Below are positions 1 through 8,526 of a stretch of DNA of 36,983 nucleotides, piece by piece (the stretch's first letter is position 1; the number at the start of each line of letters is the position of its first letter). Where the stretch lies: NCBI GenBank assembly GCA_046757525.1, contig JBHHYI010000020.1:1-36983 (forward strand). The letters run 5' to 3'. This stretch comes from a bacterium (GTDB lineage: Bacteria; Zhuqueibacterota; Zhuqueibacteria; Oceanimicrobiales; Oceanimicrobiaceae). The position numbers were made by a program, and so were the translations under genes. Below the pieces are notes generated by a model. It did no database searches. It was not told the origin of the DNA and saw nothing but the letters and a program-made list of their open reading frames with translations.

Positions 1-2
1 TT

Positions 3-353
3 AAACAACCTACCGTGGACAGCGTTTTTGTTAAAAGGAATTTTCCACTTGAAAACGTAGTATTTCGTTCAAGCAGCCGTGGTGATCTTGATTTTATTGC
101 TGAACCCAATAGATTCCTAATATATGACCTCTCCTCAATTGGTAATTCGCTAAGAGTGACGGCCCAGGGGAGACTTAAGAGTCTGAAAATAGGCCGTGCT
201 GCCTTAATGAATGAGATGATTCCTGGGTATTTATCCGTGATCACACAATACCCAATTACTTCCGTCATTATTACCTGGTTTGGATGGTTTTTGACCATTC
301 TCAGCTCACTTATTTTAAAAATTTATAAAAGAAACAGGGAGAATGAGCTATGA
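3..353 (+). CDS. 3' part of a hypothetical membrane protein, probably truncated by the window start
   Basis: Frame is open back to the window edge (aaa caa cct acc gtg). It has a C-terminal hydrophobic helix followed by a basic tail. Its stop overlaps the next ATG (ATGA at 350-353). Confidence 0.6.
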   Translation, partial: KQPTVDSVFVKRNFPLENVVFRSSSRGDLDFIAEPNRFLIYDLSSIGNSLRVTAQGRLKSLKIGRAALMNEMIPGYLSVITQYPITSVIITWFGWFLTILSSLILKIYKRNRENEL

Positions 354-1228
354 TTACTAAGCATTTAATGGTTTTATGGATTTCCAGTCTAAGTCTCGCC
401 CTTAGTTCTAATACCCGGGCTCAAAAGCGAGATTTCCCGGAAATGCCAGCGAAAGTTTACGATAAAGTTTCCGCGGTAACGGTTAAGATAGTTTGCGATA
501 ACGGTGAAAAGATTGGAAGTGGCTCAATTGTTGGAATTACTCAAGCGGGAAGGGCCTTGGTTCTCACCGCCTGCCACGTGATCGCGAAGAACTTCGAAGA
601 AACCGATCCTGATATTCCTCTAGAATATTACATGAAAATTGAAGTAAAAATTCGGCATCAATTGCAACCTGTGCAAGCAACCATTTTCCCTAAATTTGTT
701 GATCGGGCCAATGACTTAGCGCTGATTGCTACGAATGTAGCTGTAATAGAACAGGGTGTTACAAGTTACACCAGAAGTGACAAAGTGAAGCCAGGGCAAA
801 AGGTTGCTGCTATTGGTTATCCCCTAACAGACCAGTTGTCTCTCACAGTTGGGAGAATCACTCGTATCGACCCAAAATATTTGGTCTTTGATGCGAAAAT
901 AGCAACGGGGAGTTCTGGCGGTCCTTTGGTGGATGCTAAGGGTCGTATGGTCGGTATTTCTTCCTTTATTGCTCAAGTGGTGGAAATGGACGAAGGATAC
1001 GCCACCAACATGAACTTAGTTGTATCTATTGTGGAGGGCTGGCTGCAAGGAATAAAATTGAAAACAAAATGGCAACTTGAAAAGAATGGAACCAAAATTT
1101 GGCCATGGCTTGTGGGTGCTGGCGTTGCCGGAGGCGTTACCGCATTTCTCGTATCGGGAGGTGGGGGGAGCGCTCCCCCTTCCTCAGGTACTTTGGTTAT
1201 CAATGTTCCGGAGCCCTCTGGTAATTAA
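350..1228 (+). CDS. Trypsin-like (S1) serine protease with signal peptide and C-terminal Gly-rich hydrophobic anchor
   Basis: Catalytic triad motifs LTACHV, ANDLALI and TGSSGGPL. No PDZ domain seen. C-terminus WPWLVGAGVAGGVTAFLVSGGGG...VPEPSGN. Confidence 0.9.
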   Translation: MITKHLMVLWISSLSLALSSNTRAQKRDFPEMPAKVYDKVSAVTVKIVCDNGEKIGSGSIVGITQAGRALVLTACHVIAKNFEETDPDIPLEYYMKIEVKIRHQLQPVQATIFPKFVDRANDLALIATNVAVIEQGVTSYTRSDKVKPGQKVAAIGYPLTDQLSLTVGRITRIDPKYLVFDAKIATGSSGGPLVDAKGRMVGISSFIAQVVEMDEGYATNMNLVVSIVEGWLQGIKLKTKWQLEKNGTKIWPWLVGAGVAGGVTAFLVSGGGGSAPPSSGTLVINVPEPSGN

Positions 1229-1288
1229 TTATTTGCTGTAGATGTTGTGATTAATTCCGGCAGGCTTCTATAAAATAGGAGGTAAACT

Positions 1289-1768
1289 ATGCATTCAAAT
1301 CGACTTTATACTCTAGCGGTTTTGTTAATTCTGCTTCTTATGTTTGCTTACTGCCAATTCCCTTCGAAGACCGATGAAAGCGGGCAAATTCAATTGAAAG
1401 TGACATTTGCGAAATCAAACCATTTACCTAAGAACGTTCAAGAAGCCACTGAAATTACTCAAATCACTGTTGCTGTTTTGAGCTCAGATGGCAGCCTAAT
1501 CACTACACCTCTGAATCTCGAGCCGCTAGTTTCCCCGCAAGGGCAGACCACATGGTCGGGTGGGATAGAAATCGAGCCTGCTGATAGCCTGACAGTTGTT
1601 GCTCGAGCCTTTGAGGGCCCAAATCCTGAAATAAGTAATCCAGATTGGAAAGGTGAAAAGACAGGTTTGAAGGTAGAGGCAAACAAGAGAACAACAGCAG
1701 ACATTATTTTGAGAAGATGTGGAGTCAGAAAAATAGGTTGCGAACCTGATCCAGAGTGTTGTCAATGA
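1289..1768 (+). CDS. Hypothetical exported protein, probable lipoprotein
   Basis: Strong RBS AGGAGGT before the ATG. Hydrophobic signal ends FAY-C22. Beta-rich body with a Cys-rich C-terminus. Confidence 0.7.
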   Translation: MHSNRLYTLAVLLILLLMFAYCQFPSKTDESGQIQLKVTFAKSNHLPKNVQEATEITQITVAVLSSDGSLITTPLNLEPLVSPQGQTTWSGGIEIEPADSLTVVARAFEGPNPEISNPDWKGEKTGLKVEANKRTTADIILRRCGVRKIGCEPDPECCQ

Positions 1769-1793
1769 AACAAATACTGAAGCATCCTACTAA

Positions 1794-1976
1794 TTGATTC
1801 TGAGATTAGTCTCGAAGTGGCAGGTGCATCTGTTTGAATGGGGTGGAAAAGATAATAATGGAAATGCGCTCTCTATCAATGTTTATATTTACCGTTTAGC
1901 GACAAACCGTAAAGTTTCATTAACTGGAAGGATGATATTAATGGATAAGCTAAAATGGCGCTTTAGAAGATGCTAA
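1794..1976 (+). pseudogene. Orphan remnant of a T9SS/FlgD-Ig C-terminal sorting domain
   Basis: EWGGKDNNGNALSINVYIYRL...GRMILM matches the WDGK..G..VSSGVYIYRL...KKMILL ends of the intact cargo genes in this window. The NYPNPFN first half, a signal peptide and a good start are all missing. Confidence 0.65.
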
Positions 1977-2860
1977 CAACTAAATCATTACAATCTACCT
2001 TCATTTTTTTGGCAATCATATCAACTGCTATAATTTGCAGAGCCCAAAATGATAAGAAGAAAGAGCTTCGAGAAATGCCCGCGAAGGTTTTCAATAAAGT
2101 CGCGCCTGTTTGTGTTAAGATTAATTATGATAATGATTTAAAAAACGGCAGCGGTGTCGTGGTAGGGTCATCACATAATGGGCGGGCTATCATTCTAACC
2201 GCCTGCCATGTTGTAGCATCCAATTTTGAAATTGCTCGGGAAGACCCAGATATACCGGTTCAAGTCTACCGTGATTTTAAAGTCAAAATCGGGGAATCTC
2301 CCACATCTGTATCGGCTGGTGTTCTTTACCGTCGTTATAATGTTGCAAACGATCTGGCGCTCATTGCAACTCGTAATCCTGTTTCTTATAAAGGAACCAT
2401 TAGATATAATCGTAGCAGCGGTGTAAAACCGGGTCAAAAAGTGGCGGCGTTTGGTTATCCCGAGTCAGATGAACTTACCCAAACCGTTGGAGTAATCAAG
2501 CGCCTTGAGGATAATTTTCTTGTTTTCGATGCGACAATAGCACCGGGAAGCTCCGGAGGGCCTTTGGTTGATAAGCATGGAAGAATGATAGGCTTAGCAG
2601 TTTCCATTTCGGAAGAAGTGGGCCTTGCGGTACCCCTGGATTTGGTCTTATCTATCGTTGATAGCTGGTTGAAGTCTATGAACTTGAAAAATATATGGCG
2701 GCGTCAAAAGTATACCTCTTGTTGGCAGAAAGCCATTAAGCATCCCCTATATCTATTCACGGAAGTAGCTGGGATAGGTACGGGGTTATATTTTGGTTTC
2801 TTTCGGCCAGGGGAGCGAATTTTTGGGGAGCCACCCGGGCCACCACCAACAGGGCAGTAA
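1970..2860 (+). CDS. Trypsin-like (S1) serine protease, paralogue of 350..1228
   Basis: Triad motifs LTACHV, ANDLALI and PGSSGGPL. Shares EMPAKV, DPDIP and VKPGQKVAA.GYP with the first protease. C-terminal hydrophobic segment plus a PPGPPP tail. Confidence 0.9.
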   Translation: MLTTKSLQSTFIFLAIISTAIICRAQNDKKKELREMPAKVFNKVAPVCVKINYDNDLKNGSGVVVGSSHNGRAIILTACHVVASNFEIAREDPDIPVQVYRDFKVKIGESPTSVSAGVLYRRYNVANDLALIATRNPVSYKGTIRYNRSSGVKPGQKVAAFGYPESDELTQTVGVIKRLEDNFLVFDATIAPGSSGGPLVDKHGRMIGLAVSISEEVGLAVPLDLVLSIVDSWLKSMNLKNIWRRQKYTSCWQKAIKHPLYLFTEVAGIGTGLYFGFFRPGERIFGEPPGPPPTGQ

Positions 2861-2922
2861 ATTGCTACAACTTTAGAAATCCTAATATTTGTCTTGTACC
2901 TCTTGTAAATTAAGGAGAGAGA

Positions 2923-5493
2923 ATGAAAAAGATGAAGATAATGATATTCGTTATTTTTTTAGCTTGCAATTCCTTGTTCGCGCAAGGAGTCGGTGATTTA
3001 ACATTCTGTTTTGATGTTTCTGGAAGTATGAGATTTCCCTTGACGGCGATGACAATAGGGGATTGTTCACCTACAACAGGTTGTTCTGTTATCCCTTCGG
3101 GATCATTTGGTACATGTGCTGGAATGTATATAATGTGCTTTGAATGCATTCGATATCAAAAGATGATGCTAGCAATCAGGCCGACTTTACAATTTCTACG
3201 AACCTGGTATCCTCAGGACCTAGTTGGTACGGACTACGACTTATTTGCCTCGACTGCAAATATTGCTGCGATTCATTTTCCGGATAAAAATACCAATAAT
3301 CCATATAGGATCATGGTTAACCGTCCATTAAACGGCACAGGAAATCCCTTTGCACAAGTTGTCGGGACATATTTTCCGCTTGATATATCAAGTAATTTAG
3401 ATACAAGTCAATTGCTAGCAAATGGTATTGATGTGGATTGTTCTGTTCACGGCACACCGCTGGGAACAGCGCTTCAGCAAGTACTTGACCAAACTTTAAA
3501 ACCACTTACTATTGATGACCATGCTGCAACCGGAGATAATCAAGTTGTTATTCTAATCTCAGATGGTGAGCCTAATCGCTCGCCTTATCCTGATGACCCA
3601 GGTTTTTGGACACAAATGGGACATTCCGACAATACCTCATATAGAAAGGTGTACGCTATTGGGATTGGAGATGATGATAACCATTACGAATATTTACAAA
3701 TTCTTGCTCAAAATACCGGCGGGGATTTTTTCGGATGGTGGGAAAATCAAACAGGCGTAATATATGGACCGTCTCCGTCTGGTTCATTTGATCCGTCAAA
3801 AGCTTTCGGTGCTGGGAATTTTCTTTGGAATAGTTATATCGAAAAGCCCCTGTTTAGAGATTTTTTAAATTATAGAGCTTCTGTGGATCCCGTCGATATG
3901 ATAGAGTCGAATCAAACCAATATACACTCTTTTCAAGTCACTCCTTTGGATAGCAGTCTAATTGTAACGGTGAAATGGCCTGCAAAACCAGAGACTCAAT
4001 TGGATATCAAACTGCGCTTGCCCAATGAAAGCGAGGTAACATCTGATACGCTATCGGAAAATCAGGGATATTTTGTCACGCGCGGGAGCTATTACATTTA
4101 TTTTTTAATCGATACTGAGTTAATTCAAGACAACTACGATGACTGGCAAATCATCGTAAAAGCGGATAGCCTCGTCGAGCCGATATATTATAATTATTCT
4201 GTGTATTCAAGATCCGATTTAGAAATAGAATCGAATCTGTCGCAAATGAGCTTTTCGACAGATGATGTTCTTAATGGTCCGTTACGAATTAACTATCCAG
4301 GAGAAGAATTAACAGTGGATTCTGTGAATGTCTATGTTTTGCCTCCAGAAACCTGGTTGGGTAACTGGCTTGCAGATCCAGAGCATCAACTAAAAAAGGC
4401 TGAGCTAGAAGCTATTCGGGGAGAACAGTGGGTAGAGGATATTTCTCTGATTGAGCGGAAACGTATGTTGCTACACGCTCGAAAAGGAATTTACTATAAC
4501 AGGAAATACGTTCTAAAACGAAGAAAAGTAATGCTGTTTGATGACGGAAACCATCTGGACGGTTTTGAAAACGATGGTGTGTATAATAATGAATTTTACC
4601 GGCCAATGAAACCGGGCATTTATGAAATCTTATATACGGTCCATGGTAAGACCTCCAGCGGCCATACATTTCGGCGTGAATTATACTTTCAGAAATTTGT
4701 AAGTCTTGCTGTAGATACGAGTGCCTCCATCATGGAATTTAAGGAAGTAGCAGCCCAAGGGAATACAGCCATTGCCGAAGTAGCGATGACATTTAAGGAT
4801 AAACACAATAATGTGGCCTTACCTGAAAACAACGAACTCATAACCATAGATTATGGGCATGCCAAAGAAATAAGCGCAATTGAAGATCAGTTAAACGGAA
4901 CATTTGTTCAACGATTCCAATACAATCGAAATCTGGGGAGACCAAAAGTTGGCCTGACGTATCGCAATACAGGTTTTCCAGCAAAAAGGATTCTCTTCAC
5001 GCGGGAGGAACTCATTCCCCGATTTGATCTTGCTCTCGGCCTAAACAACATATTCTTTGATGATGCGATCAAATTGGATGATGCAACGGGGATCAGCGCC
5101 CTTTTCGGTGGCTATTTGAACCGTCGTTTCCGAATGGAAGGATCTATCGGAATTGCTGAGGTGAAAAATCAAAATAATGAAGCCGGGATTTTTCTCGACA
5201 CCGGTGCTAGTCTGACTTTTGACCTTGTAACCGCAACAACATCGCGATTAATCCCTTTCCTCTCCGGCGGTGGGAAATTTATTAAAACTTATGACTTAAG
5301 TAATAATGAACAAGGTCCAGCTTTGACCTTTGGTGGCGGTCTAAAATTTATAACCGGACGGCAGTTAGGAATAGAAGTTGAGGGGACAGATCTCTTAACC
5401 TCAGGTTTTTTTGATGATGACGTTTCACATAATTTACAGTTGACAGTAAACGTTTCTTTTAATATAGCTAGCACGAAGAAAGTAAATTATTAA
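2923..5493 (+). CDS. Exported vWA (MIDAS) domain protein with choice-of-anchor-X-like motif, Ig-like segment and C-terminal outer-membrane beta-barrel
   Basis: Signal peptide. MIDAS motifs DVSGS, GTPLGTAL and ILISDGEPN. LFDDGNHLDGFENDGVY motif. Invasin-like VAMTFKDKHNN. The last ~160 aa are amphipathic strands (PFLSGGG, FGGGLKF, NLQLTVNVSFNI). Confidence 0.8.
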   Translation: MKKMKIMIFVIFLACNSLFAQGVGDLTFCFDVSGSMRFPLTAMTIGDCSPTTGCSVIPSGSFGTCAGMYIMCFECIRYQKMMLAIRPTLQFLRTWYPQDLVGTDYDLFASTANIAAIHFPDKNTNNPYRIMVNRPLNGTGNPFAQVVGTYFPLDISSNLDTSQLLANGIDVDCSVHGTPLGTALQQVLDQTLKPLTIDDHAATGDNQVVILISDGEPNRSPYPDDPGFWTQMGHSDNTSYRKVYAIGIGDDDNHYEYLQILAQNTGGDFFGWWENQTGVIYGPSPSGSFDPSKAFGAGNFLWNSYIEKPLFRDFLNYRASVDPVDMIESNQTNIHSFQVTPLDSSLIVTVKWPAKPETQLDIKLRLPNESEVTSDTLSENQGYFVTRGSYYIYFLIDTELIQDNYDDWQIIVKADSLVEPIYYNYSVYSRSDLEIESNLSQMSFSTDDVLNGPLRINYPGEELTVDSVNVYVLPPETWLGNWLADPEHQLKKAELEAIRGEQWVEDISLIERKRMLLHARKGIYYNRKYVLKRRKVMLFDDGNHLDGFENDGVYNNEFYRPMKPGIYEILYTVHGKTSSGHTFRRELYFQKFVSLAVDTSASIMEFKEVAAQGNTAIAEVAMTFKDKHNNVALPENNELITIDYGHAKEISAIEDQLNGTFVQRFQYNRNLGRPKVGLTYRNTGFPAKRILFTREELIPRFDLALGLNNIFFDDAIKLDDATGISALFGGYLNRRFRMEGSIGIAEVKNQNNEAGIFLDTGASLTFDLVTATTSRLIPFLSGGGKFIKTYDLSNNEQGPALTFGGGLKFITGRQLGIEVEGTDLLTSGFFDDDVSHNLQLTVNVSFNIASTKKVNY

Positions 5494-5513
5494 AGAATGT
5501 TGGATTTTATTTA

Positions 5514-8426
5514 ATGTATAAATTCAATTCCTTAAAAGTATTTTTAATTTCTATGCTGTCAGCGGCACCATTGACGGCACAATGGGTTTCACAGCACTCT
5601 ACGGATAGAAGTCTTCAATCTATGCAGATGTTTGCAAGTGGTGTTGGTTATGTAGTGGGTGAAAATGGAATCGTTTTTCGCTTAAGTAATTTTGGCTCAT
5701 CACCCTGGAAAGCATTGACTACTCCACCAGTGCCTCCCCCACCATTCAGTTTTTACGATGTCTGTTTTTTAAACGAGAACGAAGGTTGGGTTGTTGGTGA
5801 CGAGTCAAGAATTTTTATAACAACAAATATGGGAGAGCATTGGGATCCCCCTCAAACGAATCTTCCTTTAACCTCACCGGTAACACTATTTACCTGTGAA
5901 CGTTTTTTCAACAATTTGGTTGATCTGGTATGGGTGGGTGGTGAAGATAATTTCCAAGGGAATACTGAGTTGTATAGAACAGGAAGTGATGGTCAGGTCT
6001 GGAATCCGGCTTTTACTGGGATTAGCGGGATTGCTCGTGACTTAACATTTCTGGATGAAAGGAAGGGCTATGCCGCAACAAGTACAGGTATTTTTAAAAC
6101 AATCAATGCCGGAGCCAATTGGACTCAAGTCAACGGCCCAGCAGGTTCATTTAATGAGGTGACCATTTCTCCCAATGGATCCGCATGGGCAGTTGGCATA
6201 TCCGGTAAAATATTCTATTCCCCTCAACTTTCGACAAATTGGATGGACGTCAGTCCGTCAGGGTATGAAGGAACAAATTTTAATGCATTGGCGGGGGTAT
6301 CTGATCAGGAGGTCTATGTTGTTGGTCTCAGTGGATTAGTGCTTAGGTCGGCTGATATGGGTGATAATTGGCCGGAGGTTGTCTTAAACGTAAATGGTGA
6401 AAGTCGAGACCTTCTGGATATTTATGCGATCGACAGCGACGATATTTGGATAGTGGGAGTTAGTGGTGCTAATTATTATTCTGAAGGTACAATTGAAATT
6501 GACAACGAGCAACTTCCCGATAGCATCGAAGCCGATACCTCCATAGATGTTTTTTTTACGACCGAATTTAATAGTTTCGTGGATATTTTTTCTTCTCCAA
6601 ATAATGGTGTAAGTTGGGATACGTTAGAAACAAATTATCCAGCAATCACAGGAACGTATCAGTGGGCGGTTCCTGATACAAACTCAAGCAAATTTCGCAT
6701 TCGCATCCAATCAAGTGCTGAGCATAAAAAGAATGTTGAGGATATTTCAAAGCTATTGGCTGTCTTTACAACAGATGCACCTGAGATAAAAGAGGCCACT
6801 ACCTCCTTAGTTAGCGAAGATGATCAGGACGTAACAGTTCAAGCGAAGATAACGTCAAAACGGGGGTTTAGTTCTGTAAAACTGTTCTTTCGAAAGGGCG
6901 GAGAAGTTGAATACGACAGTACTGGAATGATTTTAAAAGGTGAGGATTTATATCAAGGAGTGATTAGAAATATCGTTGATATTGAATTTAGTAAACGCGG
7001 CATAGAATATTATATGGAAGCAATAGATAATTCAATCAAGAAGAATCAAACTACCTTGCCAAATGCAAATGCTAAACAGAGTCCGAATTCGATACAAGTT
7101 TTGGTCAGAAATGATGAGCATACTATTGTCCCTTCGGAACCAGGTGACGAGAAGTACCAAATGATTTCGATTCCTCTGGATTACGGTGACGAAGGAGGAT
7201 CAATCCGAGATGTTCTTTTTGATGACTTCGGAGGTTCATACGACGAAAGAAACTGGCGTTTGTTTAAATGGAAAAATGATAAAAAAATCGAATTTCCGTC
7301 AATTGAGGGTGAACCCTGGAAATTCGAAATAGGACGTGCTTTCTGGCTTGTCGGCCGCTCCGATTCCATTACGACCGGTCAAGCACTTTCTGTTACACAA
7401 GCACAAAATGCCATTCTCCTTCCTGACAGTGGCTGGCATCAGGTTGCCAACCCTTTTGCATACCGAGTTTCTGCTAGCAGCGTCAATCTAGGTCCACAAA
7501 TGTCTGGTTTTTATGAATACCTTCCAGATAGTGGAAAATATAAGTTTCCAGATGAAGTTACTGAATTGATACCTTTTAGAGGATACTTTATCAGAAGTGA
7601 CCTCGCCAATCAAACTTTGCTCATACCTCCTATTGAATCTAGTGTTGCCTTAAGTAAGAAAAATAATCAAGAAGCGTTAAAGTGGCAAATAACTCTCAAT
7701 TTCCAGGAACAAGGTCTATCGTCTGCAAGATTGGTCTTTGGTCACTCATCCTTTGCAAATGATCAGTTTGATCGTTTAGATTGGCTTGATCCACCCTCCC
7801 CCGTGAAACAGAGTATCAGAAGTTATATACCACATCCCGAATGGCCAACCTTTAAAGGAAATTACAAAAGAGACATACGGCTTCTTAAAGAAGAAGGAGA
7901 CGTATGGGATTTCATAATAGAATCAAATATTGAGGGTCTTCTTAAATTACGTTTTGAACTCGATTCGCGTTTAACAGAAGGCGTTGAAGTTATTTTATTA
8001 CCTAAAGAAAGTAATTTTCCTCGTGATTTGAAAACACAACCTGATTATCAATACTATAGTTTTGGAAAGAACGAGCGCAAGGAATTTCGTCTGATTGTTG
8101 GTCCAGAAGTGTACACAGAGGAACAATTATCTCAAATTCAACCGACCCACTTTGCGCTTTTTCAGAATTACCCTAATCCTTTTAATCCTACGACAACAAT
8201 ACGCTATGGACTGCCAAAAGCTGAAAAAGTGACGTTGAAGATTTACAATCTTCTTGGAAAAGAAGTGGTAACGTTGGTGAATGATGCGGAGAAAACAATG
8301 GGCTATCACGTAGCGATTTGGGACGGCCGCAACCAGCACGGCCAACCCGTTTCCAGCGGCGTCTACATCTACCGCCTTCAAACCAGGCGTTTTACCCAGG
8401 CGAAGAAAATGATCCTGCTGCAGTAG
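5514..8426 (+). CDS. Secreted BNR/YCF48-type beta-propeller protein with T9SS type-A (FlgD-Ig) sorting domain
   Basis: Asp-box-like repeats (TTNMGEHW, TINAGANW, SADMGDNW, SPNNGVSW). C-terminal LFQNYPNPFNPTTTIRY...WDGRNQHG...SGVYIYRL...KKMILLQ. Confidence 0.88.
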   Translation: MYKFNSLKVFLISMLSAAPLTAQWVSQHSTDRSLQSMQMFASGVGYVVGENGIVFRLSNFGSSPWKALTTPPVPPPPFSFYDVCFLNENEGWVVGDESRIFITTNMGEHWDPPQTNLPLTSPVTLFTCERFFNNLVDLVWVGGEDNFQGNTELYRTGSDGQVWNPAFTGISGIARDLTFLDERKGYAATSTGIFKTINAGANWTQVNGPAGSFNEVTISPNGSAWAVGISGKIFYSPQLSTNWMDVSPSGYEGTNFNALAGVSDQEVYVVGLSGLVLRSADMGDNWPEVVLNVNGESRDLLDIYAIDSDDIWIVGVSGANYYSEGTIEIDNEQLPDSIEADTSIDVFFTTEFNSFVDIFSSPNNGVSWDTLETNYPAITGTYQWAVPDTNSSKFRIRIQSSAEHKKNVEDISKLLAVFTTDAPEIKEATTSLVSEDDQDVTVQAKITSKRGFSSVKLFFRKGGEVEYDSTGMILKGEDLYQGVIRNIVDIEFSKRGIEYYMEAIDNSIKKNQTTLPNANAKQSPNSIQVLVRNDEHTIVPSEPGDEKYQMISIPLDYGDEGGSIRDVLFDDFGGSYDERNWRLFKWKNDKKIEFPSIEGEPWKFEIGRAFWLVGRSDSITTGQALSVTQAQNAILLPDSGWHQVANPFAYRVSASSVNLGPQMSGFYEYLPDSGKYKFPDEVTELIPFRGYFIRSDLANQTLLIPPIESSVALSKKNNQEALKWQITLNFQEQGLSSARLVFGHSSFANDQFDRLDWLDPPSPVKQSIRSYIPHPEWPTFKGNYKRDIRLLKEEGDVWDFIIESNIEGLLKLRFELDSRLTEGVEVILLPKESNFPRDLKTQPDYQYYSFGKNERKEFRLIVGPEVYTEEQLSQIQPTHFALFQNYPNPFNPTTTIRYGLPKAEKVTLKIYNLLGKEVVTLVNDAEKTMGYHVAIWDGRNQHGQPVSSGVYIYRLQTRRFTQAKKMILLQ

Positions 8427-8462
8427 GGGTCAAATCAAGAGGTTGCCTGTCAAAGAGCATGA

Positions 8463-8504
8463 AACACTGAAAGACACCGAGATTCTTCAGTGAGGTTCGG
8501 TGTT
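8463..8504. terminator. Imperfect inverted repeat between convergent genes (possible bidirectional terminator or small repeat)
   Basis: aacactgaa...ttcggtgtt, with alternative pairings cactgaa/ttcagtg and acaccga/tcggtgt. No clear U-tract. Confidence 0.3.
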
Positions 8505-8526
8505 CAAGTTCGTGATTCTGTTGCAA

